DNA of 64,000 nucleotides from Vitrella brassicaformis CCMP3155 (taxonomy: Eukaryota; Protista; Chromerida). Positions within the stretch are counted from its first letter, which is position 1, and every line of letters begins with the position of its first letter. The notes below the pieces were generated by a model that was given only the letters and a program-made list of their open reading frames with translations, was not told where the DNA came from and searched no databases. The DNA is taken from positions 494,295-558,294 of the forward strand of contig CDMY01000275.1 in the NCBI GenBank assembly GCA_001179505.1. Direction: 5' to 3'. The translations under genes and the position numbers were made by a program. Positions 49,631 through 62,500 of the stretch are shown piece after piece.

Positions 49631-50314
49631 CGGCCCCCCACCGATGAGCTGGTCGCTTTTGGTGAGGTCCGGCAGGGCCGGCCCCAGCTGCTCCGCACCG
49701 ATGTGCAGGATGCATATGATGAAGATGAAGACCAAAAAGAAGACGTACCCGAAGTTCAGAGGCCCAAAAATCGACCACCAGGTGGAATGCTGCAGCGGAT
49801 CCTGCAGGGACTTGGGCGTCTCCCCCGGCAGCTCCCATTGTTCTCCCGTCTCCTCTTCGCAATCTTTGCCGTCTTTGAATTGGTCCAGCTCCACGGCGAT
49901 CCGGAGGCTCTGGGCGCGGGAGCCAAAGCGGGAGTGGGGGGACGACAGGATGCTCGAGAGCCTTCTGGCACGCAGCACCTCGTCAGATTCTGATTCTGGC
50001 GCAGGCCCGTGCCCTGGGGCAGGGCCATCGCCCGTCGTCGGCGTCTTGGCGTGGAGTTCGTCCTCGTCGGTCTCGCCGAAGGTGCCGAAAGTTGGGTCGG
50101 GCCTGACGGGCGTGCAGAGCTCCGGTTCATGCGGCACCGGCTGCTCCCAGAATCCCATGCCTGATGACACGGGCAGGGTGTCGTCGTGACGTGGCATAGC
50201 ATCGCGGACCGCCGGCAGAGAATCCGCGAAGAACGAGTCAACTATGGAAGGGGACTGCTGCGGGGGGGCCATGGAGGTTTCACGCCGGGAGAGAGTGGAC
50301 AGCAGACGAAGCAT
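46678..50314 (-). CDS. Multi-pass membrane protein with C-terminal LRR region and an EF-hand-like loop
   Basis: Several hydrophobic helices (YVFFLVFIFIICILHI, IIFGSFWALLSLLALCLLIL, ILLAGILALTGVLFGTFNIV); LRRs LESLVLQYQ, LKALRQLDVRLNDITNLPPCMTQL, LQYLDASLNP; DFDVNGDKMICWGE resembles an EF-hand loop. GT-AG introns. Confidence 0.7.
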
Positions 50315-50406
50315 GATTCCCGGTTTCGCGCGAGCTTGGTGGGGGCCTGCCGGGGGCCTGCCGTCTCTCCCTCCAAGTCCCGCTGAGCCTCCCGCGTGAA
50401 CAACAA

Positions 50407-51747
50407 TGAGCGGCAAGAGCGGGGCCCCTCCCCATCTACCAGCGCCTGTCGTGATGGTACGCCTCCCTTTCTGGCAATTCCAAAGCGTTGGATGGACGCA
50501 TGTGAATGAACGTTCGTTGGCAGGGCATCGGGCCGGCACTGGCACCGGCCGTCATAGGGCACCCGGTGAGGATGGCGCCCTACTCACCACGAGATGGGTC
50601 GCCACCGTACGAAGGCACGCCCAGTCGCTGGCACTTTCAATGGAGTGACGGCGTGTTCGGTAACCGTGCAGCAGCGTCGAGTCATACGCACGGGATGGCA
50701 TACATGTGATGTGTGTGTCTCTCTTGCCCTCTTCAGACTGCTTCACGGACTTCTTCTCGTGCATCTTGGGCTGCATCTTCTATCCCTCGCTGGCGGGCTT
50801 CAAGGCATGGGCCTTGGACAAGATCGACATTCTGCCGTTGAAAAAGGGTCTGCTCATCTTCCTCGGCCTGGCAATCACCGCACTCACCTGTAGGGACAGA
50901 TTCCGCCACGCTCGGCATGTCTGTTCTCATCTATCTCGTTTGTCTCTTGTGTGGGCATGGGTGCAGTTGAGCTGACGATTCACATATTAGCCCTGGGCCA
51001 CAACTGGCATCGACACGTCACGGACGTCTGGATCCTTCAATTCTTCTTTGCGGGCGTGTGGGTGCTGGTGAGCTCACCATTCTGGCGCGTAACAGTGATC
51101 CATCCATCCATCTCTGTGCGCCAGTTTTTCTTTCTCAACCTGAAATACCGCTCGAGAATCCGACAGTACAGTCAGGGAGAAACACGGCAGACGCCACGAG
51201 GGCTATACACATTGCCGTGCATTCCTTCGTTGTGTGTGTGAAGGCATTACATGATTGAGCCCACTGACGCGTGCGACGACGGCTGTCTTGTCTTCTTCTG
51301 CCTGGGATGCGCTGTCTGCCAAGTGGGGACCTGAGAGACACACATATATTGCACCACGCACACTCATTGTTCTTATCGCACTTTTGCATTCGTGTCTCTT
51401 GTTGCTTTGCCCGTCAATTTTGACAGGAGTACAGGCACGTGGCGAGGGCCACTGGGGTGCTGAAGGACATGCCCTTCCCCCAGCAGCCGACACCCCACTT
51501 CACCGCGGCAGCACACACCACTGCCCCTCCAGCCGTCGTCACCTACGAAGTGGAAGGGGCACAGCCGACCAAAGGCACACAGCCGTGGGTGTCGACTGGC
51601 GGCGCAGCTGCAGCGGCAGCATCTCCAGCAGGGGGAGGTGGGTTTTCGAGCCCCTTTGATCCCGGTATGGCAATAACCGTGACGGCACCACAGACGACGG
51701 GAGAGAAGGAGGGGGGCAAGTATGCTGCTCCCCCCTCATACACGTGA
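50407..51747 (+). CDS. PLAC8-family (cysteine-rich) membrane protein
   Basis: WSDGVFG/CFTDFFSCILGCIFYP at the N-terminus; YRSRIRQY..HYMIEPTDACDDGCLVFFCLGCAVCQEYRHV at the C-terminus (PLAC8 C-x-x-C-A-x-x-Q-E pattern); low-complexity tail. Confidence 0.75.
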
Positions 51748-52109
51748 GAGCTCGAGAGTGCCTGTGGCTGTTAGTGTCGGCGAGAGAGAGCAGTTGAATT
51801 GTGTGCTGTGGCCGTCGGTATTCAGTGTATTGTGTATTGTGTCTGTCTGTAAGGAAGGCGGGGCCAGGCCAAAAGTGTGTTCAGCCACTCACTGGCATGT
51901 CCGCTGTCAGGCAGTCATCGAGTCTTGTTACTTACATTGACAAATGAATGAGTGTACCTACTCCACACACGACCGTCAGTCAGCACAGCGACCCCTCAAT
52001 TCAATCACTCGCCCACCTAGCTATCTACAGCATGCCGCCAAAAATCTATGACCCCACGGTCAAAAATGCTGCACTGAGCATATCCCTCCCCTCCCTCCAA
52101 CACCTACAC

Positions 52110-53184
52110 CTACACAGACATCTCTCCTGTATCCACAACCCGCCTCCCGAAGTTCCTGGACTCGCTCGCCCAGCCCCTCTCCCTCTCCTCTTTCGCCCTG
52201 TTGCTCTTCGCCCACCCCACCATGATCAATCTCGACACCCTCGTCGCTATCTTGCGGGTCAAGTCGGCCTGCAGGTCGCTCACGTTGTCCAGAATCGTCT
52301 CGGATTGTTCAAGGATATAGTAGGGCAGCCTTTGTGGCTCCGCCGATGGGGCGGTGAGGAATGTGAGCGCTTCGTCGATCATGTGGTTGCAGTTGTTGGT
52401 GAAGGTCTCGTAGCGGTCCAGGCTGAACCGCGGGGCCAGCTCACGCTCCAGGTAGTCCTGACAGGCAACAGAAGGAGCAGATATGAGAAATTTGTGTCTG
52501 CCTCACTCTCTCTCTCTCTCTCTCTCTCTCACCTACCTCGAAGACACGCTGGTCGATTGTGGTGGCGCCCATGTCGTGCACGTGCGTCGGAGCCATCCCA
52601 AAGGCGCTCTCCGTATGCTGAGCAGCAACCAACACAACACAACACAACACAAACAGAGAGATCGATGATCGAGACGCCCGCCCTCCTTCTGTCTGATGTG
52701 TCCTCCGCACCTGGATATCCTTGGACTCTATGTGTGTCGAGAACCAGTACTCCCGCCCGTAGACCACCAGCCCCGCGTGCCATATGGTCTCGATGTTCTT
52801 CCGCACGAGCATGGAGATGACCGGGGCTGCACTCTGACTGATGTCGTACACACGCACACTGATAGCCGACCCTGTCACCGCATCATCGCCATCGCGGGAG
52901 CTGGCCAATGCGCCCGACGGCTCCAGAACGGATGCCGGACCGCCCTCCCTGGACGCGCTGATGACTCGGTGGGTTCTTGGTCTCTGTGATCTTCGAGAGA
53001 GGGCTGAGCTGCTGCGAGTCGGGCTGTCCGCAATGCTGCTGACGAAGGATGCGCTGTCGTGGCAGCACACCAGAGAGGGCAGGACCGCTATCAGTAGTAG
53101 AGATGAAAGATCCCAACGGGATCCTGCATTTCTCCATCTTCTGCACCGCACCCCTCTGTCCCTCCTCTCTGCAAAGTGACGCAT
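52110..53184 (-). CDS. PPPDE/DeSI-family deSUMOylating/deubiquitinating isopeptidase with N-terminal targeting-like extension
   Basis: VRVYDIS, IWHAGLVVYGREYWF (catalytic His), YETFTNNCNH (catalytic Cys, NCN motif), RLPYYIL; N-terminal hydrophobic LSSLLLIAVLPSLVCC. Confidence 0.88.
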
Positions 53185-53275
53185 AGCTGCCAGTCACCAG
53201 GTGCGAGCTCAGATCTTGGCGAGCTAAAAGAGGAAGATCCGAGCGGCGAAGCTCCTAAGCAGATTCTGCACAGCG
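53185..53275. promoter_or_regulatory. Probable compact bidirectional promoter region
   Basis: Only about 91 bp separate the divergent ATGs of PPPDE (53184, minus) and RPN13 (53276, plus). Confidence 0.4.
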
Positions 53276-55484
53276 ATGGCGGGGCGTCTGCAGGAGATGC
53301 TCCGCGGCTTCCAGCCGCCGGCCGTGGGCGCAACTCCCAGCAGGGTGAGTGAGCAGCAGGACGGTGTGGCGCATCTGAGCATTCCTCTGAACACACACGA
53401 TGTCATCTGCTGCATTGGCTCAATATATTGGTAGGTGTTGGTAGAGTTCAAGGCCGGCAAGTGCAACTGGGATGGGCAGCGGGTCACGCCAGACAAGCGG
53501 AAAGGAAACCTCAGCCTCGTCACGGTCAGCTGACACATGACAGAAGAACACGCAGCACATGGTGACACGAAACACACTGAGCATGATGGTTGTTCGCTGC
53601 GTCTGTCAGGGCGATGACGGCCTCACCCATGTGCAGTGGACCACCCGAGGCGTCAACCAAATCACTGAGGTCAGGAAGCCATCTCGCCAGATGCATCAAA
53701 GCCGTGATTGTGGTGTGTGGGCTCATGGTTCCTGCCATTGCTTCATTCAGGATGACTTGATAGTCATCAACGACGCGTATTTGGAGAAGATCACGGCTGC
53801 CAAGAGCGGCCGCGTGTACGTGTTGAAGTTCCAGTCCTCGGACAAGAAGCTGCTCTTCTGGATGCAGGAACCCGACGAGACCAAAGATGAGGTCAGTGCG
53901 CAGCACACCACACCAGGGGGGAGGGAGGAGGGCAGGGCGGGGTTACGCCATTGGTGTCTGCATGTGCCTGCAGGAGCTGATCACCAAGTTCAACAATGCT
54001 GCGGGAGGAAGTGAGTCGACACTGACTGCTCGGATTTCCCTCCTCCTGATTGATGTCTGTCTGTGCCTGTGTGTCTGTCTGTCAGAAGATTCGAGTGGCG
54101 GAACCAGCAATGCTGCTGCCGCGGCTGCTGCTGCTGCAGGTGGGTTTGCTAGAGGCCATGTACGTTGCGCTTGCATCACCCTCGTCGCCCTTGCTGTCTG
54201 TCCCTCGTTGTGTTGATGCAGCCAGCGGCGCCCCGTCAGGCGGTCCGTCGGGCGGTATGCCCCCGGCGATGCAGCAGCAGCTGCAGCAGATGATGGGCGG
54301 AGCGGGCAGAGGCGCCAGCAACGCCGCCACCACTGACCAACTCAGGTCCATCATGCAAAACTTCGCCAGCCAGCAACAAGGTAAGGTGCACAGCAGAGAC
54401 CCCACAGACACGGAACCCACGGACTTGTCAATCCCCAAGCTGCCCTGTATGTATGTGTGTGTGTGTGTGTGTGTGTGTACAGGTGCGGCTGGCGCGAGTG
54501 GTGCGGGTCGTTCTGGTGCCAGTACGCTGCCCACTGCTGGTCCTGGTGGACCCATCAGCGAAGAGGTGAGATCAAGGAAGGAGAAGCACACTCGCGTAAC
54601 TGACTGCTGTTGACTGACTGCTGTGTGTGCAGCAACGTGCCCAGCTGGCGCAGCAGCTAATCTCGGCCCTCGCTAACAACCAGCACCAGCAGCAGCCACG
54701 AAGTAAGCACACATACCAAGAGAGAGGACCCATGTTGTGTGCCTGGGGATGATGCCTGCCATGCCATGCCATGCAGTTCTGCCGACCCCGTTGACGTCCG
54801 TCTTGCCGCCCGAGCGGCTGGAGGCGCTGCTCGGCGACACAGAGGCCATGCAGGAACTCGCCGCACACATGCCTGAGTAAGCGAAAGAGAAAGGGGGTGG
54901 GTCGGCAGGGCAGACCAGCACCTCTGTCTCTATACCGTCACGGTATGTCTGTGTAGGGGCCAGACGAGTCGCGAGGAGGTCAATGAGGCGATGCGATCCG
55001 CCCAGCTGCAGGGCTCCATGCGGGCGCTCACACAGGTGGGTGGGAGTGGGATGAATGGGGTGAACAAGCGCACTCACAGACCGTCTCACCGCTCGATGTC
55101 ATTCATGTGACATGCAGGCCATCTACTCGGATCAGTTGCCCGTGCTGCTGACGTCCATGGGGCTCGACGCCAACGCTGCGCGAAACGCCCAGACACCTGA
55201 CCGTAGGCACACAACATGACGCTATCCCCCACACGCCCTACGCCGCCCGCAAGATGTGTGTATGCTGTGTGTGCACTCCAGCGATGGAGATCCTGGTCGA
55301 TGCGCTGGCGGCCCAGCACGGCAGCACCGATACTGCTGCTGGTGCTGCTACTGCTGCTGCACCTGCGGCGCCAGGCGAGTCAGGCGAGTCAGGCGAGTCA
55401 AGCGAGGGCGAGGCCAAGGCGAAGGAGGACGAGAAGCCGCCCGGCGACGGGAATGACGGCAACGACCCCATGGACACGTCGTGA
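53276..55484 (+). CDS. RPN13: 26S proteasome ubiquitin receptor RPN13/ADRM1
   Basis: Pru domain LVEFKAGKCNWDGQRVTPDKRKG, HVQW, RVYVLKFQSSDKKLLFWMQEPD; G/A/Q-rich linker; C-terminal DEUBAD-like helices (EAMRSAQLQGSMRALTQAIYSDQL...SMGLD). Confidence 0.92.
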
Positions 55485-55751
55485 CGAGCGAGCAGGCACT
55501 ACTACAATGAGACTAATGTGCGTGGTGGGTGCAAGTGACCTTTTGTGTGTTGCGGTGTTTCCGAGGTGCATGGACACGTGCGTGGAATGTCGCTGTGACC
55601 GTTTCTTTGCCGAATGAGTCAAACAATACATAGACTGATTCATGCGATGATCGATCGACGGGAGATCGTCACTCACCCACAGGGGTCCTCACTCACGAAC
55701 CCACCTGCCCCGCTCAGCCCATCACGTCTGTCTGTCTGTCTATCTGTCGAA

Positions 55752-57773
55752 TCACTTCTTCCTGGGCTTCTTGGCCTGCTTCGGCTTGGCCGCCGGGCCC
55801 CTCGCCTTGCGCTTGCCCTGAGCAACACGACCCGCCTTCTTGGCACCGGCAGATGGGGGAGGCACTGGGGCAGTGGGTCTCGCAGCAGCAGCAGTTTTGG
55901 CGGCAGAAGATTGGGCGGGCCTCTTGGCGGGAGGGGCGGCAACACGGATGGTCGGCGGGGGCTTGGCGATGGGCGGGGGCTTGCTGGCTTTGTTGAGGGA
56001 GGGATTCATGGCTGCCGTCAAGTCGATGTTATCGGCCCCAAGCGGTTGGAAGTGGTCGTGCGTGTCTCGGTCGCCATAGTCCTCCGCCACCTGCATGTCT
56101 CGCAGGGCCGGTCCCGTGATGAAGGCGGCAGCTGCCTTGGCGGGAGAGGGGCCAGGCGCAGAGGGGACGGGAGGGGCTGGGGGCTGGATGTCGATGTTGG
56201 TCACGATGTGTGCCCTATGCAGAGAGACAGAGGCGGTGGATGCACGCGTGTGGCAATACTTGTATGTGGCTGGCCTCACTCTTCGGATGAGGCGTAGAAA
56301 CGGATGTTGCTCGTGGCGCGCAGGAAGCTTGATGCGATGCTCTTGCTGTGACCTGAGACAAGACACGAACGACGTGACCGGTACGTCCTTGAGCCGGCAG
56401 CAAGTTGCGTACTCTTGGAAGCAGCAGGCAGAGGCGCCCACAGCTCGCGCCACACACAACTGACGGGCACACAAGAGAGACGCACACACCACATTCACCC
56501 ATGACGAATGCATCAGTCATTGTGTTGATGTCTCACACACCCACCCGATTGGGTATGAGAGGATGAGTGAGCCGAACGACACGGTCATGAAGCGAGTCAT
56601 GGCGCTCGAGGGGAGATGGTAGCCGTGCACCAAATGCCAATACCTCTCGTACCCGCCCTTGTCCTGCAACCTGCACAAGGCCATGCACAGGTGACACAGG
56701 CAGAAGTGAAGGTCTTTCCCGTGCAGAGGGTGGGTGTGGTCTGTACTCGATGGTTGGCTTGGGCACCACCCCCTCGTCGTGTATCTCCTCGAGCGTGCCC
56801 CCCGTCACCCTCGGCAGCACATACACCGTCGCACTCGTCTGAACGGCGCTCTTCGTCTGATGTAAAGGGATAAAGGGACACATCAAAGGCTATGACAGTC
56901 AGCCGCCGTGCAGTCTTACGAGTTGAGCAGCTGGATAGATCTTGCGCACAGAGGGGGTCACGCTCATGGCAGCAGAGCATCGGCCGTCGTCTGGATTGAC
57001 CGACACATCCTCAATCTGCACCGAAACGCACGCCGAGTTGACCGCTGGCAGAAGGCTGTTGCTGCACACACAACCACACAACCACAAAGGCCTTTCTTCA
57101 GCGTTGCTGGACACATGAGTGTGGGCGGGTTGTGTTTCTCACCTCTCAGACATGAATGAGGTCTCAAGAAACGTCAATGAAGTGGGGTCCTGCTCCACAC
57201 GAATCTGACACAAAAGACACAAAACGCAGCCAGACCACTTTCGCTCCATCGTCCCCACCACTCACCCAGGAGCTCTTGGCGAGGTGCATCTGCAGCTGGA
57301 AGGCCACGAACTGCCGGATGCTCCAGCTGCTCTCGATGGCCGCAGACAGTGTGGTGTCGTCCTGTGCGCGCCGGGCTGTCAGGGCCTTCTCACTTGCGAT
57401 GTCTTGCTGTGAAAAGAAGGAGGGACAATGGATGAATCAGTGCAAGCAACGCATCTTGCTTTCGTCTTGCTCACGAGTTTTGTCACGAGTTTGTCGGTGT
57501 CCTTCTGGCTGCGTCGGCTGAGCAGCACCACACAGTCAGGCCGCTCAGGGAAGCACATCGACTCCTCCTTGCCCTTAGAGGAATTGTAGCGACGGGCAAG
57601 CTGAAATTAATGCGTGCACCACACACAACACGATGGATATGTGCGATGCTCCCCCCCAAACGGACTGCAGTCCGTGTGCACACCTGTGCAGCGTCGCACG
57701 CCACGAGATTGTGAGCGGGCTCCTCCATCTCATCCCGCTCCAGACTCAACACACACACGCGCACGGCAGCCAT
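55752..57773 (-). CDS. Hypothetical multi-exon protein with Pro/Ala/Lys-rich basic C-terminus (possible NLS)
   Basis: GT-AG bounded open exons (MAAVRVCVLSLERDEMEE..., QDIASEKALTARRAQDD..., TVYVLPRVTGGTLEEIHD...) ending in KRKARGPAAKPKQAKKPRKK-stop; no family recognised. Confidence 0.55.
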
Positions 57774-58215
57774 GTTGCAGAGGGAGAATGACAACACACC
57801 GCTGAAACTCGCCAGAACTGACAGACAAACAGAGAAGGCTTCTGTCTGGCAGCCGGCTGAGAGACCTCCCGTCACGTGTACCTGATGATTTGTCGCGTTT
57901 CTTGGCGTCATTGTCGTCAAATCACCATGCCGCTGCCGCCTTCTCAAATGCGTCGCTTCGTGCCGGCACCCTGACTCTGTCGGGATCGGGATGGACCGGT
58001 TTGAACACTGGTCTGATGAGTGCCTTGGGCTGAGGAGGGGGTGCAGCGTTCTTGGGCTGCGATGGCTGTGCCTGCGGATCGGCCCGGCCTTTGCCTTTGC
58101 CCCCCTTCGTCTTCCTCATTTCTTTCCCCTCGCTGAAGCGGTATGTAAACTCCCCGTAAAAAGGGTGGCCCTAACGATATTGCGAGAGGGAGTTCGGTAG
58201 CTCCAATTCGGCGGC

Positions 58216-59527
58216 ATGGAGGACGGTGATGATGTGCTCTGCTTTGACAACACACGCACGAAACGGGAGCAGGAACTTCTCGACGCTTTCCTGAGCGGGA
58301 AGTTCGTGTGTGAGCAAGACGATGAGTTCGCTTCACCCTCACCGTCGCCCACCAAGGACGATGCCGCGCCTCCCACTGATGGCTTTAGTCAGGCTGGAGT
58401 GGCCGGAATGGCTGCTGGGGCCGGGGAGCAGCCGGAAGTGGCTGGTCGGGCCTTCGAGGCTTCTGCTGGGATAGCAGAGGCGGGGCGCATGCATGGGATT
58501 ATGACTGCAGGGGCGTCGAATTCATTGCCAGACGGTGAGCAGGGAGGTGGAAGGACGCGAGGCGGTGGACGGATGATGCAATGGAATATCTGCGTGTGTG
58601 TTTCAGTAGAGAGGAGTCCTTTGGATGAGGTGCGGCAAGGGCTACGAGAGCAATTCAATCGTGTGTCGGTGAGCGATCAGGACGAAGGACAGCGAGGCTG
58701 CCGCAACACCACACCCATGCATTCCTCTGCTCTGCTCTGTTGTGTGTGTGCACCATTCAGGACATGTACTCACGTATCGCCGAGAAGGAGGCCAGGCTTG
58801 AGGCGCAGGTGACGTCCCTGCAACAGCTGCAGCGACAGGCCCACCCCCAGCCACCCTCTCAAGCGTTTCCGGCACCACGCCGATCGCAGGCCAATGGCAA
58901 CGCTTTCCCCCCTGCACTGCGCACACGCAGCACCAATGGGTTCGGCACCAGGCCGACACCGACCCCCACACAGATGCCCGACCCCAGCAGTTATCGGTTC
59001 TCGAACGGATACTACACCAACAAGCTGTATGCCCTCGCTGGCTACGACTTCCCTGCCTACCCGTCGCCCTACGGCCTTCTCCCATACCCTCCCTGGGACC
59101 CCGCCAGTGCCCTACGCAACGGCGGGCAGCAACTGCCACCCAAGCAGCAGCAGCAGCAGCAGCAGCAAGGGGAGAGGAAGGACTGGAGTGACTGGGGATT
59201 CGAGCCAAGTGACGTGGACAAGTATACACCCAAAGACATCCGATTCATGTTCAAAGGGGTGAGGCTGCTCAGAACCGGCCAGTGCATTGGTTGTCTCTCC
59301 TGGTGGGCTGGTGTTGTGTGTGCAGCATTCGTTGACCGTGGCGTGTCAGGGTCTGACGGATGGCGAGCCTGTCCCTCTGGATAGGTACAATCCGCAGTAC
59401 CTCAACTCCAAGGCCTTCAACACCTGGCTGGAGATGAACAAGGGCATGTTTTCTTCTCTGAAGCCTGAGCCAAAGGCACTCTCTGACAGTGAGCGGGTCA
59501 GTAAACAACACCAACGCGACACACACA

Positions 59528-59568
<41 letters not shown>

Positions 59569-62500
59569 TTTTCCGACGTCAATCTTACCCCTCGTTGTCT
59601 TTTTGCGCAGGCTGATCTCAACGCGCTCGTAGCTAAATATGGCGGCCCCTCATTCTGGGTGGCCAAGGAGCAGCAGCAGCCGCCATACAAGGAGTCGGCG
59701 CCCACGCCCACACGGGCCGAGCCGTCCCAGCATCCCACATCGGGCCCATTCCCCCCTCCGCCAGCCCAGCTGTCGCCACCTCAGGACAAGAACGTCAGCG
59801 AGACCAGCAACCAACACCTCCCCAGTGGCGTCAGAGACAAGAGCCGACCGATGAGGGACAAGTACGGCACCAACCAGCGGTACTACCCCGGGCTCGGCGA
59901 CAAGCCCATCGTTGGCCGGCCGATCTGCCATTTCGAGTATGTTCGGGACCCTGAGTGGCTGGATGTCAAGGGCGGCCGAGACGCCATCAAGCGCAACATC
60001 CTGTCACAGATGCAGCACGAGGAGCTCAAGAGAGAGCGGGAGGCGTGGGAGAGGGATGCTGCTGAGTTCGAGGCGCTGATGGAGCGGGAGGCAGCCGACT
60101 GGAAGAGGGACATGGAAGCGGCAGAGGCAGCCGAGGCCGAGGCGGGGGCACGGAGGGACAAGGAGAGGGTGACGCTGAGGGCAGAGAGAGAGCAGCAGGG
60201 GCGGGCCGCAAAGAGGACGGCCAAGAGATCCCAGCCTCCCCTGCCCAAGCAGGCAGAAACACCACCCCCGCCATACACAGACCCATCGGATGAGCCCACA
60301 CAGCCACCTGCCAAGCCGACTCGTGCCCCCAAAGCCGCGGCTAAGCCGCCCCGCCACCCAGCCCGACCCCTGCAGACGTCTCGCAACCGAGCCACGCCAT
60401 CCAAGGCCACCCCATCCGGCTCCCGGCATCCCTCGCCTGCTCCCAAGAAGACCCACGGCGCTTCTTGCTCCACGCAGCCGCCTCTGAGCCACCTGCGTCG
60501 CGTCCCCCAGGCATACATCGCCCCCTTGCCGTCGTGGGACCCCAACGCCGCGGCCAAGGCGCTGAAGAAGAAGGGGCAATCGGCAGCGGGTGGCTACTTC
60601 TTCGGCCCAGTGATCATGGGTGGCGCTAAGGAGGGCGAGAAGGAGGGCGCACAGGGTGCGGAGACCAACATCACTGTCAACTACAACGTGACAGCACCCT
60701 TGGCCAAGGACAGGACGCCTGAGGCGAGTGCAGCACATGACGGGCACATGAAGGAGATCCGAGACTCCTTGAGGCTGCTGAAGTCGAAGCGCCATAACAC
60801 CTCTCAGCAGCACTCACCACACACGTCCACTCGCCAGCCCGCTCGACCAGCACCGCCAAGAAAGGGCCCCATCACCACACCGGCCCGGCAAGCCAGCCCG
60901 CCCCGCGCACCCAAACCCTCCCCAGGCCCCAAAGTCCCTTCCGCCAAGCGAGTGCTGCCGGGCGAGAGGCGTGAGAGGCCTGAGCTGCGTCTCGGGCCAT
61001 CACCAGCCATGGCGAGCGCTGCGGCCCGGCGACAGCTCTCGCCAGTGAAGATGAGGGGAGTGGCGACGCCCAAGAAGTCCACCTCTCTCGCCGCACTGGA
61101 CGTGTCGCGAACGCCGTCACCCAACCCCAAAATGAAGAGCCCGGAGCCCCTCAGGCGTCCACCGGCCCAGGTAGCGACCCCCCCGCCGCCCCCGCCCCCT
61201 TCCAAGCCCGCAGAGCCGGTGCCCTTGCCCGAGAAGACACCCGAGAAGACGAGCCAACCGATACGAGTGGTCCACGTGGACACGGCGGTGCAGTGCTCTC
61301 CACCTGGCGGTGGCAAGGCGGAGGCTGTGGAGAAGCAGTTGGCCTTCGACAGCCCTCGGGTGGTGCGGTCTGACGCACAGGTAGCGGTGAGGCCCCGGCG
61401 CGACGTGGCGCTGCAGGTCCAGCTCGACGACCCCAGCTTGCCGCCTCTGCTCATCATCGACGATACCCGCCATGCCACTGCCCCTGACGCTGCCCTCCAG
61501 CGCTATCTGTACGCCAACGTGCAGCGGCCAAGGGTGGTCGAGTCGTCGCCCGCTGAGAGGCCTGCGCCCACTCGCTTCCGCCCAGGGCAGGTTCATCGAC
61601 ACAGGGAGTTGGGCATGCAGGTGGTGCCCCCGGCCCCAGCAGCGCCGGTGTGGCTCGACACACCGACATACGTCCATCCCGAGGCCTACACCTACGACCA
61701 GTCACGACACGTCAGGGTGGTGGAGGACGCGACGGCGACGGAGACGGCTGATGAGGAGCAGAGGGAGGAGGAGGGCAGGGAGGCCCTAGAGAAGAAGATC
61801 GGCGAGGCACTGCGTGAGTGGATTGACCGTCAGCCCCCTGACCCAGAGATGCACGAGACAGCCGTCCAGACGGCCGGATCCCCTCGCCCGCAGCCACCGC
61901 CCGCCCCGACACCCCCCCGAAGGACATCCGAGACGATCGCCATCCAAACATCCACTCAGGGAGACGACACAGCGACGGCGATTCGGCAGCTTGCGCGGGA
62001 GATGGAGGCCTGGCGCGAGAGGCAGGAGGAGGCCATCAGGAGGCTGCAGGAGGAGAGGGCAAGAGATGAGGAGGAGAGGAAACGGCGGGAGGCGGCAGTG
62101 AACAGTCGCGAGGAGCCGTCGGGCCCGTCGGATGAGAGGCGCGGCCGCATCCGAATGACGATAGAATACCCGCCAGTGCAAGAGAGGGAGGAGCGTAAGC
62201 AGCCCGCCCGCGAAGGCTCGCTTGATCCACTTGTGACCAGGCTGAAGAATCTCATGCTCTACGGTGAGCGGAGAGGATGACCACATAAGACAAGGCCGCA
62301 CATTCAAGGCACGCCCTGTGTCGTCTCTCCGTGTGTGTCTTTCTGTCTGTCAGGTCCCATCGAGGGCCCTCGTCTTCTCAAAGGCGTGAAGCCCCACTCT
62401 GCCAAGGTCCGAGCACCCTCAGCGCCCCCATCCGCTGCCCAGCACACACGTGGTAAGAAGCCACCTCTCCCACCCAAGCAGCACCCGGCAGCCCGGCTGA

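Noticed and set aside
57922-58119. 65-aa basic ORF between divergent genes
   Set aside because: May be a 5' exon or uORF of the minus-strand gene, but no splice path or family could be supported.
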